DNA from: an uncultured bacterium
Lineage (GTDB): Bacteria > DYJV01
Length of the DNA stretch: 41,292 nucleotides
Assembly (NCBI GenBank): GCA_964543655.1
Contig: CAZIZE010000064.1
Coordinates: 1-41,292 of the forward strand
Direction of reading: 5' to 3'
Each line of letters begins with the position of its first letter. Position 1 is the first letter of the stretch. The notes beneath the pieces were generated by a model. That model was not told where the DNA came from, did no database searches, and worked only from the letters and a program-made list of their open reading frames with translations. Positions 17,101 to 26,415 of this stretch are shown here, piece after piece. A program made the position numbers and the translations under genes.

Positions 17101-18352
17101 CTTTTATCCTATATATTTTTGCGTTTAATTTTTCAAGCTTTAAATCAAAATTTTCATATCCCCTATCAAGATGATATACTCTGGAAACTTCTGTTGTGCC
17201 AGCAGCCCTTAAACCAGCAAGGATTAATGAAGCACTTGCCCTTAAATCTGACGCCATTAATTTGGCTCCTTTAAGTATCTCCTTTCCTCTAACAATAGCA
17301 GTATTACCCTGAATTTTTATATCAGCACCCATTCTCATAAGCTCTGTTGCATGCATAAATCTATTCTCAAAAATGTTTTCTGTAATAACAGATAATCCAG
17401 ATGAAAAACACATTAAAGCCATTATCTGAGCCTGAACATCTGTTGGGAATCCAGGGTATGGAGCTGTTTTAATATCAACTGATTTAATATTATCAGTACC
17501 AATTACCCTGACCCCTTTTTCCTCTAACACTATTTTTATTCCACAATCTTTTAATTTATTAACAACAGCTTCAAGATGATTTAAATTGCAATTTTTAATT
17601 AAAATATTTCCATTGGTAATTGCTGAAGCAACCATAAAAGTTGCTGTTTCAATTCTATCAGGGATTGGACTGTATTCATTAACATTTTTTAGCTTATTTA
17701 CACCATTAACAACAATTTTATCAGTACCAGCACCTGAAATTTTTACACCCATTAATTTCAGAAAATTTGCAAGGTCAACTACCTCAGGCTCAGTTGCTGC
17801 ATTCTCAATAACAGTTATACCCTTAGCAAAAACAGCCGCCATTAGAAGATTTTCTGTACCTGTTACAGAAGGGATATCAAAATAAAACGAATTTCCTGCT
17901 AATCTTTTAGCTTTTAAAACAATATAACCACCATCTATATCAACATCTGCACCTAATTTTTTCATTGCATCTATGTGGAAGTTAACTGGCCTTGCTCCTA
18001 TTGCACATCCACCTGGTAGTGAAACCTTAGCTCTACCAAATTTAGAAGCAAGAGGCCCCAATACAAGAATTGATGCTCGCATTGTTTTAACAAGTTCGTA
18101 AGGTGCTTCAACATTATTAATAGTTGAGGGGTCAATAAAAATTGAATGATTATTATATTCTACCTTTGCACCAAGGATCTGTAAAAGCTTAATAAAAGTA
18201 ACAACATCTCTTAGATAAGGAACATTCTTAATTGTAACTGGTTTATCAAGTAATATTGTACTTGCAAGTATAGGTAGCACAGAATTTTTAGCACCACTAA
18301 TCTCCACTTCACCAAAAAGTCTGTTTCCACCTTCAATAACTATTTTTTGCAT
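17093..18352 (-). CDS. murA: UDP-N-acetylglucosamine 1-carboxyvinyltransferase
   Basis: SGAKN, MRASIL, LPGGCAIGARP, SVTGTEN, PYPGFPTD, FENRF, DLRA, HLDRGY. Confidence 0.98.
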   Translation of the reverse strand: MQKIVIEGGNRLFGEVEISGAKNSVLPILASTILLDKPVTIKNVPYLRDVVTFIKLLQILGAKVEYNNHSIFIDPSTINNVEAPYELVKTMRASILVLGPLASKFGRAKVSLPGGCAIGARPVNFHIDAMKKLGADVDIDGGYIVLKAKRLAGNSFYFDIPSVTGTENLLMAAVFAKGITVIENAATEPEVVDLANFLKLMGVKISGAGTDKIVVNGVNKLKNVNEYSPIPDRIETATFMVASAITNGNILIKNCNLNHLEAVVNKLKDCGIKIVLEEKGVRVIGTDNIKSVDIKTAPYPGFPTDVQAQIMALMCFSSGLSVITENIFENRFMHATELMRMGADIKIQGNTAIVRGKEILKGAKLMASDLRASASLILAGLRAAGTTEVSRVYHLDRGYENFDLKLEKLNAKIYRIKDA

Positions 18353-18373
18353 ATAAATTTAAATACAATAAAT

Positions 18374-18389
18374 TTTGAAAAATTTCAAA
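18374..18389. promoter_or_regulatory. Palindrome TTTGAAA-AA-TTTCAAA (TTGA-N6-TCAA, Crp/Fnr-type box candidate)
   Basis: Perfect 7-bp dyad in the divergent murA/DHH intergenic region. The AT-rich background lowers its significance. Confidence 0.3.
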
Positions 18390-18394
18390 TGATA

Positions 18395-18423
18395 TTGACA
18401 TAAAAAAATTCGAATGATATGCT
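18395..18423 (+). promoter_or_regulatory. Sigma70 promoter for DHH-alr-mlaE
   Basis: TTGACA (18395-18400), 17-nt spacer, TGn extension, TATGCT (18418-18423). Confidence 0.7.
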
Positions 18424-18456
18424 ATTAATATAATTTGAAATAAAAGCTCAGATAAT

Positions 18457-19467
18457 ATGACAAAAGAGAATTTAAAAACTGAACTATTATTAAAAGTAAT
18501 AGAGAATACAAGAAGTTGGAAACTTATACTTCACAACAATCCAGATCCTGATGCTATTGCTTCAGCTTTTGCTTTTTCACACCTGCTTAGCCATTTTAAG
18601 AAAAGCTCTAAAATATATTACAGAGGTATAATAGGTCGTAGTGAAAACAAAGAAATGATAAAAAGGTTAAGGATAAACCTTCATCCTTTTAAAAATTTAA
18701 AATTTAGAAAAAATATGAACATAGCGCTTTTTGATTGTCAGGTAGGTGCTGGAAATCAACCATTATCAAAAGAAATTATCCCCAAAATAGTAATAGACCA
18801 CCATCCATTAAGGAAAGATAGTAAAAAAGCAGCATTTGCAGATATAAGGGAAAATATTGGCAGTTCAAGTACAATTGTTGCAGAGTATTTAAGAGCTTTT
18901 GATATACCTTTAAATATTAGAGTAGCAACAGCCCTCTATTATGGATTAAAAACTGATACCAATAATTTTACCAGAGATTTTACAAAATTAGACCTTGAAA
19001 TAATGCAATACATTCTTGACACAGCTTCAATGAAACTAATTGGAAAAATAGAAAATCCACCATTAACAAAAGAGTATTACAAGAAAATATGCATAGCACT
19101 TAAAAATGTTACAATTTATCAAAAAGCTATTATCACAGATCTTGGAAAAGTAACCTATCCTGATATTTCAGCTGAAGTTGCTGACTTTTTAATTAGAATG
19201 AAAAATATTAACTGGGTACTTGTTTTATCATATTTTGAGGAGAATCTTTTTTTCTCCATTAGAACAAAAAGCAGGCAAAAAATTGCCGGAAAATTAGCTG
19301 TTTACATAGTTAAAAATATTGGCAGTGGTGGAGGACATGAAAATTCAGCAGGTGGAATGGTTGCTGTAGAGACCATGGAAAAATATATTAAAATTAGAGA
19401 TACTCTTACAAATAAATTTTTAACAAAATTAAAACTTAATAAAGAGAAAGGTGTTTCCCTTTTATAG
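18457..19467 (+). CDS. DHH/DHHA1 family phosphoesterase (NrnA-like)
   Basis: HNNPDPDAIAS, LFD, IDHH, YGLKTDT, SIR, GGGHENSAGG. Confidence 0.92.
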   Translation: MTKENLKTELLLKVIENTRSWKLILHNNPDPDAIASAFAFSHLLSHFKKSSKIYYRGIIGRSENKEMIKRLRINLHPFKNLKFRKNMNIALFDCQVGAGNQPLSKEIIPKIVIDHHPLRKDSKKAAFADIRENIGSSSTIVAEYLRAFDIPLNIRVATALYYGLKTDTNNFTRDFTKLDLEIMQYILDTASMKLIGKIENPPLTKEYYKKICIALKNVTIYQKAIITDLGKVTYPDISAEVADFLIRMKNINWVLVLSYFEENLFFSIRTKSRQKIAGKLAVYIVKNIGSGGGHENSAGGMVAVETMEKYIKIRDTLTNKFLTKLKLNKEKGVSLL

Positions 19468-19468
19468 A

Positions 19469-20584
19469 ATGTTGGATAAGCGTCCCACCTATATTAAAAT
19501 TAAATTAAAAAACCTTATTAACAATTTGGAAATAATAAAAAAGATTATTAAAAAGAACACTGAGATTATTGCTGTTGTCAAAGCCAATGCTTATGGTCAT
19601 GGTAGTGAAGAAGTAACAAAAGAGCTTTTTAAGCATAATGTAAAATATTTTGCAGTTGCATGTGCTTATGAAGCAGAAAAATTATTTAATCTTAACCTTA
19701 ATTTGAAAATAGTATCAATTGGAAAAATTTACAGAGAAGATATAGAACTTAGTAAAAAATTTCCCTATGAACTAACTGTTTCATCAATTAATGACTTAAA
19801 TAATGTAAAATCAATTAACTTTCCTTTAAATATTCATCTAAAAATTGATACTGGAATGGGGAGATGTGGTGTTTGGTCAGAAGAATTTATTTCCGCTTTA
19901 AAAATTATAAAAAGCAATGGTTTTTTAAACTTAAAAGGTGTTTTAACTCATTTTCCAGCAGCTGACAATGATCTGGAATTTACAAAATCTCAAATTAAAA
20001 TTTTACAAAATTTAAGAAAATTTTTATATGAAAATAAGTTTGTTAATGTTTCAATTCATTGTGCTAATAGTGATGCAATAATTAACTTTCCAGAGGCACA
20101 TTTTGACATGGTAAGACCTGGTATTATACTTTACGGCTCATACTGGAATTTAAAAAAGAAAAAAGAGCTCGGATTGAAACCTGTTATGGAATTTATATCA
20201 AAAGTGGTGGAAATAAAAACTTTTAAAAAAGGGGATACTATTGGGTATGGCAGGACTTTTACAGTGGAAAAAGATAACATGAAATGTGCTTTAATTCCAG
20301 CAGGATATGCAGATGGTTTTAGTAGAGCTTTTTCCAACAATGGTTTTCTATTAATTAATAATCACCTTTGTGAAATAGTTGGAAGAATAAGCATGGACTG
20401 GTTAGTTGTCAATATTAATAACAAAGATATTAAAATTGGTGATAAAGTTATCCTTTTTGGAGATGAGAAAAGGCAAGTTGATATTGATATTATTGCAAAT
20501 AAAATCAATACAATATCTTATGAAATTTTATGCAATGTTGGTAAAAATTATAGAAAGGAAGTAGTCTATGATAGGGGTAATTAA
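19469..20584 (+). CDS. alr: Alanine racemase
   Basis: AVVKANAYGHG (PLP Lys), HLKIDTGMGR, THF, HCANS, VRPGIILYG, GYADG, GRISMD, TISYE. Alternative GTG at 19451. Confidence 0.97.
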   Translation: MLDKRPTYIKIKLKNLINNLEIIKKIIKKNTEIIAVVKANAYGHGSEEVTKELFKHNVKYFAVACAYEAEKLFNLNLNLKIVSIGKIYREDIELSKKFPYELTVSSINDLNNVKSINFPLNIHLKIDTGMGRCGVWSEEFISALKIIKSNGFLNLKGVLTHFPAADNDLEFTKSQIKILQNLRKFLYENKFVNVSIHCANSDAIINFPEAHFDMVRPGIILYGSYWNLKKKKELGLKPVMEFISKVVEIKTFKKGDTIGYGRTFTVEKDNMKCALIPAGYADGFSRAFSNNGFLLINNHLCEIVGRISMDWLVVNINNKDIKIGDKVILFGDEKRQVDIDIIANKINTISYEILCNVGKNYRKEVVYDRGN

Positions 20585-21338
20585 CTCCATTGGAATATAT
20601 GTTTACAACTTTATATTTGCTGCTGGTAAAATGTTTTTTCTACTATTGGAAACAATTGGACAGATATTTACTTTTAATTTGAGAATAAAAAATCTATTTA
20701 AACAGATGGAGTTTATAGGGGTTCAATCACTTTTTGTTGTTGTGCTTACTGGATTGTTTGCAGGTATGGTTTTAGCTCTTGAAGGTTATTATGCATTTAA
20801 AATGTTTAGAGCAGAAAGTTTGATTGGTGTTACAGTTGCACTTAGTATGACAAGAGAATTGGGACCAGTGCTTGGAAGCCTAATGGTTACTGCAAGAGCA
20901 GGTTCAGCTATAGCAGCAGAGCTTGGCACAATGAGAGTTACAGAGCAGATTGATGCTATGGAAGTTATAGGGGTAAATCCTGTTAGTTATCTAATTGTAC
21001 CAAGGGTTCTTGCTGGAATTATTATGATGCCACTTTTAATAGTAATTGTTGACTTTATAGGGGTTATTGGAGGATATTTTATTGGGGTTAAAGTTCTTGG
21101 TGTTAATGCAGGTATTTTCTGGGATAAAATTTATCAATTTGTAAAAATAGATGATCTATACAATGGTTTAATTAAGTCTCTATTTTTTGGCTTTATTCTA
21201 ACATTTGTTGGTTGCTATTTTGGTTATTATACAACCAAAGGAGCAGAGGGAGTTGGCAAAGCAACAACATATTCAGTTGTTTTAAGTTCTGTTCTCATAC
21301 TAATAACAGACTATATTCTCACAGCATTTCTATTCTGA
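20568..21338 (+). CDS. mlaE: MlaE-family ABC transporter permease
   Basis: RELGPVL, RAGSAIAAELGTMRVTEQIDA, YLIVPR, GAEGVGKATT. Confidence 0.93.
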   Translation: MIGVINSIGIYVYNFIFAAGKMFFLLLETIGQIFTFNLRIKNLFKQMEFIGVQSLFVVVLTGLFAGMVLALEGYYAFKMFRAESLIGVTVALSMTRELGPVLGSLMVTARAGSAIAAELGTMRVTEQIDAMEVIGVNPVSYLIVPRVLAGIIMMPLLIVIVDFIGVIGGYFIGVKVLGVNAGIFWDKIYQFVKIDDLYNGLIKSLFFGFILTFVGCYFGYYTTKGAEGVGKATTYSVVLSSVLILITDYILTAFLF

Positions 21339-22346
21339 TGGAGATAAAAGTTCATTCTTTAATTTGTTAAAATTATGTTGCCTTGCTATTAATATTAGAG
21401 TGTCAAAAGGCTGTAAAACATAATCAAATCTTGGATTAAAAATCATTTTCCCATCTTTATCTTTAACAGCAACAACTATTGCATCATAATTTTTCCTGAT
21501 GCCTGACTCTGCAAGTGTCTTATTAACCAATTGAGAATCATCTTTTAATGTTACCTCTTCAATAGCAATATTATCAGAATCTACAGCTGTATGATGAAGA
21601 GTAAAATCAAGAAAATCCAATACATTTGGTTTCAAGATTGCAGAAACCATTCTCCTTGCACCTATAGTATAAGGTGAAAAAACTTTATCTGCTCCAGCTC
21701 TTATTAACTTTCTCTCAGATTTTTCATTATTTGCCCTTGCTATAATAAAAAGATCTCTATTAAGCTGTTTTGCTGTTAGAGTAACAAATAAGTTATCTGA
21801 ATCTTTTGGTAGTGCAGCAATGAGTCCCCTGGCTTTTTCAATACCAGCTTCTATTAAAATTTCATCATCAGTTGCATCTCCAACTAAAAAAAGTTTATTT
21901 GATGTAATAAGCTCATCATAAAATTCTTTGCTATTTTCAATAATAACTATCTCTTTATTATGTTTTGCAAGCTCTTCCACTATCACCCGACCAATTCTCC
22001 CATATCCACATATAATATAATGGTCTGTGAGATCACTTATAAGCTTAATCATTTTTTTTCTCCTTCTGTCAAATGTAACAATTCCTTCAATAAATTTTTC
22101 AGAAATTGTGGAAACAGTGTAACCTGCAAGAACAAAACCAACTATGATAACTCCCATTGTGTACACACGGCCAAGCTCAGACAGATGCCTAACTTCTCCA
22201 TATCCAACAGTGGTTATACTAATAACAGTCATATATAGAGCATCAAGAGGTGGAAAACCTTCAAGAACAATATAACCAATAGATGCAAGAATAACAAAAA
22301 CTGTTACTATTAATATAGGTTTTATGAGAGCTTTGATGATATCCAT
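21330..22346 (-). CDS. Two-TM potassium channel with RCK (TrkA-N, TrkA-C) domains
   Basis: Selectivity filter TTVGYGE, HYIICGYGRIG, GDAT, GADKV, C-terminal FNP RCK_C. Confidence 0.93.
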   Translation of the reverse strand: MDIIKALIKPILIVTVFVILASIGYIVLEGFPPLDALYMTVISITTVGYGEVRHLSELGRVYTMGVIIVGFVLAGYTVSTISEKFIEGIVTFDRRRKKMIKLISDLTDHYIICGYGRIGRVIVEELAKHNKEIVIIENSKEFYDELITSNKLFLVGDATDDEILIEAGIEKARGLIAALPKDSDNLFVTLTAKQLNRDLFIIARANNEKSERKLIRAGADKVFSPYTIGARRMVSAILKPNVLDFLDFTLHHTAVDSDNIAIEEVTLKDDSQLVNKTLAESGIRKNYDAIVVAVKDKDGKMIFNPRFDYVLQPFDTLILIARQHNFNKLKNELLSPSE

Positions 22347-22891
22347 AATTTTGTCAGATAATATATTTTAGCAGAATTTTCAAGTACAGTTGTGTAATAA
22401 AATGCTTTTTCAAGGTTCTCACCAGCAGCAAAAACACCATGTCCCCTTATAATAGCTGCTTTACCATCTTTGAAGAACATAGGTATCTTCTCAGCAACCT
22501 CAGCTGATGCAACTGTTTGCTTTGCTTTTAAAACAGGCACATTATTGAGGATTAATTTCCCTTCAGAGTCTGGTGGAATAAAATTTTCTAATACAAGAGA
22601 AAGGGTAATAGAATAAACTGGATGAGTGTGTATTATTGCTTTATAATTTGATGATTTATAAATTGCCCTATGTACTATTGTCTCCATAGAAGCTTCTTCT
22701 AAATTTTCATCATTTTTAAACAGACTAACTTTAATTATACTATTCTCATTTAAATCACCAAGCATTGTTTTAGTTTTTGTAATATATATATATTCATCAT
22801 CTCTAACACTTATATTTCCTGAATGCGAGGAAATTAACCCAAATTTCTCCACCAATGCTCCAAATTTGATTATTTCTTTAATGATTTCCAT
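22322..22891 (-). CDS. Class II aldolase/adducin family protein
   Basis: SGNISVR, ASMETIVHRAIY, HTHP and GHG metal ligands. Confidence 0.9.
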   Translation of the reverse strand: MEIIKEIIKFGALVEKFGLISSHSGNISVRDDEYIYITKTKTMLGDLNENSIIKVSLFKNDENLEEASMETIVHRAIYKSSNYKAIIHTHPVYSITLSLVLENFIPPDSEGKLILNNVPVLKAKQTVASAEVAEKIPMFFKDGKAAIIRGHGVFAAGENLEKAFYYTTVLENSAKIYYLTKLWISSKLS

Positions 22892-25544
22892 TTACTATTT
22901 CTCCTTTTAACACTTTAATTCTATTTGCAACAAATTCTTTTCTTGGATCATCTTTTTTTAAATGATTAAATATATACGAATACTCTTTGAATGCTTTTCT
23001 CTTTTCTCCTAAACTTTCAAAAATTTTTGCCACCTGAAAAGAAGCTGTTGGTGTCCATTTTATATCAAAGGGAAATAGGAGTTTAATCTGTAAAAAGTAA
23101 TTTAACGCTTGATTCAATTTACCTTTTTTCTGAAAAATCTCTCCAAGCCAGTATAAAGCTTCCATTTTTGTAGAACTATCTTTTAGATACTTTAATGCCT
23201 TTTTATAACCAGCTATTGCATTATCATAGAAATTTAACCTATCAAGTGTAAAAGCAGCCTTGAAAAGATTCTCCCCATTACTGCTTTTAGTTATAAAACT
23301 TGAAAGATACTTTTGGGAAACTTTATCTAATCTCAATTTATAAGCTGAATATCCTATTATAAAAAGGGATTGAGTGGGTAAATTATCTATATGGGAAAAT
23401 ATTGGGAAGTAATTTAAAATCTTTTTAAAATCTTTTTCTGTAAAGTAGTATAGAAGCATTGAAGGAAGAATCTCTTTATATTCAAAATAATATTTTGAAA
23501 CAAAGCCATTATTTAAAAATTTGTTAAAAGCAAAAACAGCTCTATCTTCCAATCCTCTTTTTTTCAAAATTTTTCCAGCATAATAATATATGATAACTTT
23601 ATCACCTGTAAATATATTCTCATTAATAAAAGCATAAATCTCTTCATTAGATTTCTGATTTAATTCTTTAAAAATATTTGTAAAATAGTCAAACTTTACT
23701 TCATCAGGCAATTTTATGGAAAGCTTGTTTCTATCTTTTACAAATTTTGAAATATCATTTAAAGATATATTAAACTCTTGAATAAAGGAATTTATTGATG
23801 GCAATTTATTAAAAAATTTTATAAAATCTTCCCTGTCATTTAAAATAAAATAAGAATATGCCAGATATTTTACAGCTTTTAATGAAAGAGGTGAAAATCT
23901 ATTAATTAAGTATAATCTGTTAAAATATATTACTGCAGTTTTATAATTTTTTAAATTGTAATTTATCCGTCCCATATAGAATAAAGCTTCTTCAAGAAAA
24001 GTACCACTTTTTTCATTATTAATAATTTCAAGCAAATACTTTTTAGATTTATCAACTTTATTCTGGTATAAATAGTTTAATGCTATTTTTAAATATATTT
24101 CAGGAATAAATCTATCCATTTTATTAATATATTCAAGTAGAAAAATATTACTACCATTGTAATTACCTGCTTTTTCATAAATTTCACCTAATTTTCTTAA
24201 AACAAATAGTTCCCTTTTATCTTTAACAGGAAAATATTTTCTGTAAACATTTGCAGCAAAATTATATTTTCCCAACTTTATCCATAACTCTGCAATTCTA
24301 AAATCAAGCTTTCTAATTTCTGACTTATCTGTTGCAATATCTTCTATTTTATTTAAAATATCTATACATTTAACAAAATTACCCTCTTTTTCATAAATAT
24401 TTGACAATATATTTAATGATTCTGCAACAAATTTTAACAATCCATTGTTATTTTCAAGATAAGCAAGTAAATATTTCTCTGATTCATTAAATTTTCCAAT
24501 ATTGTAATAGCAGATTCCAGCTTTGTACAGAGAGTTTATATAGTAAAAATCAGAATCCTGCATGGAAATAACCTTTTCATAATATTTCACTGCTTCTGAT
24601 AACTGATGATTTTTTTCATAACTTAATGCTATCTTGTAAAATATTTTTGAGTTTCTACTAAAATTTAATGCAAGTTGATAATATTTAATAGTTTTAAAAA
24701 ATTCACCTTTGATAAAATAAATTTCACCAAGATAAAAATATTTATTATAACTGTCATTAGCTTTCAAAAGCCTTGCAACTGCTTCATCATAGTTTTTATA
24801 ATCAATTAACACTTTAATGTTTTTATAAAAAGTGCTCTTTCTGTTTCTCTCTTTTAACTTTTTTAAAATAGATTCTGCTGCTTTAAGGTTACCAATTTTT
24901 AAATAAGAGTTGTACAAAAGGATAAATTTATCATCACCTGGTGGAACTTTTTTTAATTCCTCAATAGCCTTTTTAAATTTATGGCTTTTATATAAAATCA
25001 AAGCATATAGATATTGAGATGGATGTTTTAAAGTGTTAAAAACTTTTTGAGCTTTTTCTGTGCTACCTGTATAAGCATATAATTTAACAAGAATCTTTTT
25101 TACTATATCTGATTTATTTTTAATTTTTTCAAGGTAACCAATTGCAGAAATATAGTTAAATTTTTTCAAAAGTATCATTCCATTGTAAAGGTTGAATAGG
25201 TCAGAGTAAATTGGTTTATTCTGCAATTTATTCAGACCAATCAATGCTTTATCAAACTGCTTCATAAAGATGTAAGCTTTTGTAGCAAATACTAATTCCA
25301 AGTTATTTCTATAGCCTTTCTGGCACAACTTTATTATCTCTTTATATTTGCCATATTCAAGTAAAAGATTTAAAAGGGCTTTTTCAATTTTTGGATCATC
25401 TTTATACTCTTTTCCATAATTTATTGCCACATCAATATAACCATTTGAAATAAGCTTATTTAAATAAGTTATATTGCCACCATTTGATGAAAAAAGCATG
25501 GTTACAAAGGTTAAAATAAAGATTAATATAAAAATTTTTCTCAT
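22878..25544 (-). CDS. Exported tetratricopeptide-repeat protein
   Basis: N-terminal signal peptide (MRKIFILIFILTFVTMLFS), many TPR units (YFYLGEIY, ALFYMGRINY, ALYWLGEIF); AAGGAG RBS. Confidence 0.85.
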   Translation of the reverse strand: MRKIFILIFILTFVTMLFSSNGGNITYLNKLISNGYIDVAINYGKEYKDDPKIEKALLNLLLEYGKYKEIIKLCQKGYRNNLELVFATKAYIFMKQFDKALIGLNKLQNKPIYSDLFNLYNGMILLKKFNYISAIGYLEKIKNKSDIVKKILVKLYAYTGSTEKAQKVFNTLKHPSQYLYALILYKSHKFKKAIEELKKVPPGDDKFILLYNSYLKIGNLKAAESILKKLKERNRKSTFYKNIKVLIDYKNYDEAVARLLKANDSYNKYFYLGEIYFIKGEFFKTIKYYQLALNFSRNSKIFYKIALSYEKNHQLSEAVKYYEKVISMQDSDFYYINSLYKAGICYYNIGKFNESEKYLLAYLENNNGLLKFVAESLNILSNIYEKEGNFVKCIDILNKIEDIATDKSEIRKLDFRIAELWIKLGKYNFAANVYRKYFPVKDKRELFVLRKLGEIYEKAGNYNGSNIFLLEYINKMDRFIPEIYLKIALNYLYQNKVDKSKKYLLEIINNEKSGTFLEEALFYMGRINYNLKNYKTAVIYFNRLYLINRFSPLSLKAVKYLAYSYFILNDREDFIKFFNKLPSINSFIQEFNISLNDISKFVKDRNKLSIKLPDEVKFDYFTNIFKELNQKSNEEIYAFINENIFTGDKVIIYYYAGKILKKRGLEDRAVFAFNKFLNNGFVSKYYFEYKEILPSMLLYYFTEKDFKKILNYFPIFSHIDNLPTQSLFIIGYSAYKLRLDKVSQKYLSSFITKSSNGENLFKAAFTLDRLNFYDNAIAGYKKALKYLKDSSTKMEALYWLGEIFQKKGKLNQALNYFLQIKLLFPFDIKWTPTASFQVAKIFESLGEKRKAFKEYSYIFNHLKKDDPRKEFVANRIKVLKGEIVNGNH

Positions 25545-25554
25545 TTTTTTCTCC

Positions 25555-26415
25555 TTACACTCCCATGTTAAAAAAATCGTAAATTAAAAAGAAAACAGTT
25601 TTTGTTCCATCAGATAAATAAGGTGGGCCTAAAGAAAAAATATAACTTTTTTTTACAAGTTCTCTATTATCAGTAAAAACTTTTATAAGTTTAAATCCTT
25701 CTTTTTTTACATAGATGTATGGTCTGAAAATATAGAGAGATTTTTCAAGATACATCTCTAAAATTACATAATTTGTTTCATTTTTTTTCAGCAAAATATC
25801 AATATTAAATTTTTTAAGAAACTCTGAAAGTGCATTATATTTATATGAAATATTTCTAAAAAATTTTTTAAAAATAAAGCCAAACTTTAAAAAAGGGTAT
25901 AAATCAACTTGATTAGATTTTAAAGATGGTGCTTTTTCACTATTGTAATAATTTTGATTAAAATCTGTTTCCACAAATATTCTACCTGTATTATATTTTT
26001 TTTCATATGAAAAGGTGACCTTAACATCCCTTTTGTAAAAATCAAAATTCAAAATCCTTTTAAATTCTAATATTTTATTTTCAGTTTCCTTGTTAATTGC
26101 ATTAAATTCAAAATTTACTTTATAGTCTGGTAGTACTACCTTTTGAAATTTATAAAAACCCTTATAATAAGACCAACCTTCAATATTTGCATCATTAACT
26201 TTAATTCTATAATAAACTCCTTTTTTATCTAAAATTTCTACCTTGTTATTTCGTTTTAACATATAAATAATTTTACCTTTTCTTGAGGGCTCTTCTCTGA
26301 CTCTTAACTTTTTATACTTTACAAATGCATAGGTAATTGTTTTTGCATTTAGAAAATTTATATTAAAAAATAATAATACAAAAAATAAACTAAATAAGAG
26401 TCGTGTTAATAACAT
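25555..26415 (-). CDS. Exported bacterial SH3-domain protein with unknown C-terminal domain
   Basis: Signal peptide (MLLTRLLFSLFF...LNA), SH3b pattern LRVREEPS...KVEIL...YRIK...EGW. Other possible starts at 26427 and 26442. Confidence 0.7.
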   Translation of the reverse strand: MLLTRLLFSLFFVLLFFNINFLNAKTITYAFVKYKKLRVREEPSRKGKIIYMLKRNNKVEILDKKGVYYRIKVNDANIEGWSYYKGFYKFQKVVLPDYKVNFEFNAINKETENKILEFKRILNFDFYKRDVKVTFSYEKKYNTGRIFVETDFNQNYYNSEKAPSLKSNQVDLYPFLKFGFIFKKFFRNISYKYNALSEFLKKFNIDILLKKNETNYVILEMYLEKSLYIFRPYIYVKKEGFKLIKVFTDNRELVKKSYIFSLGPPYLSDGTKTVFFLIYDFFNMGV

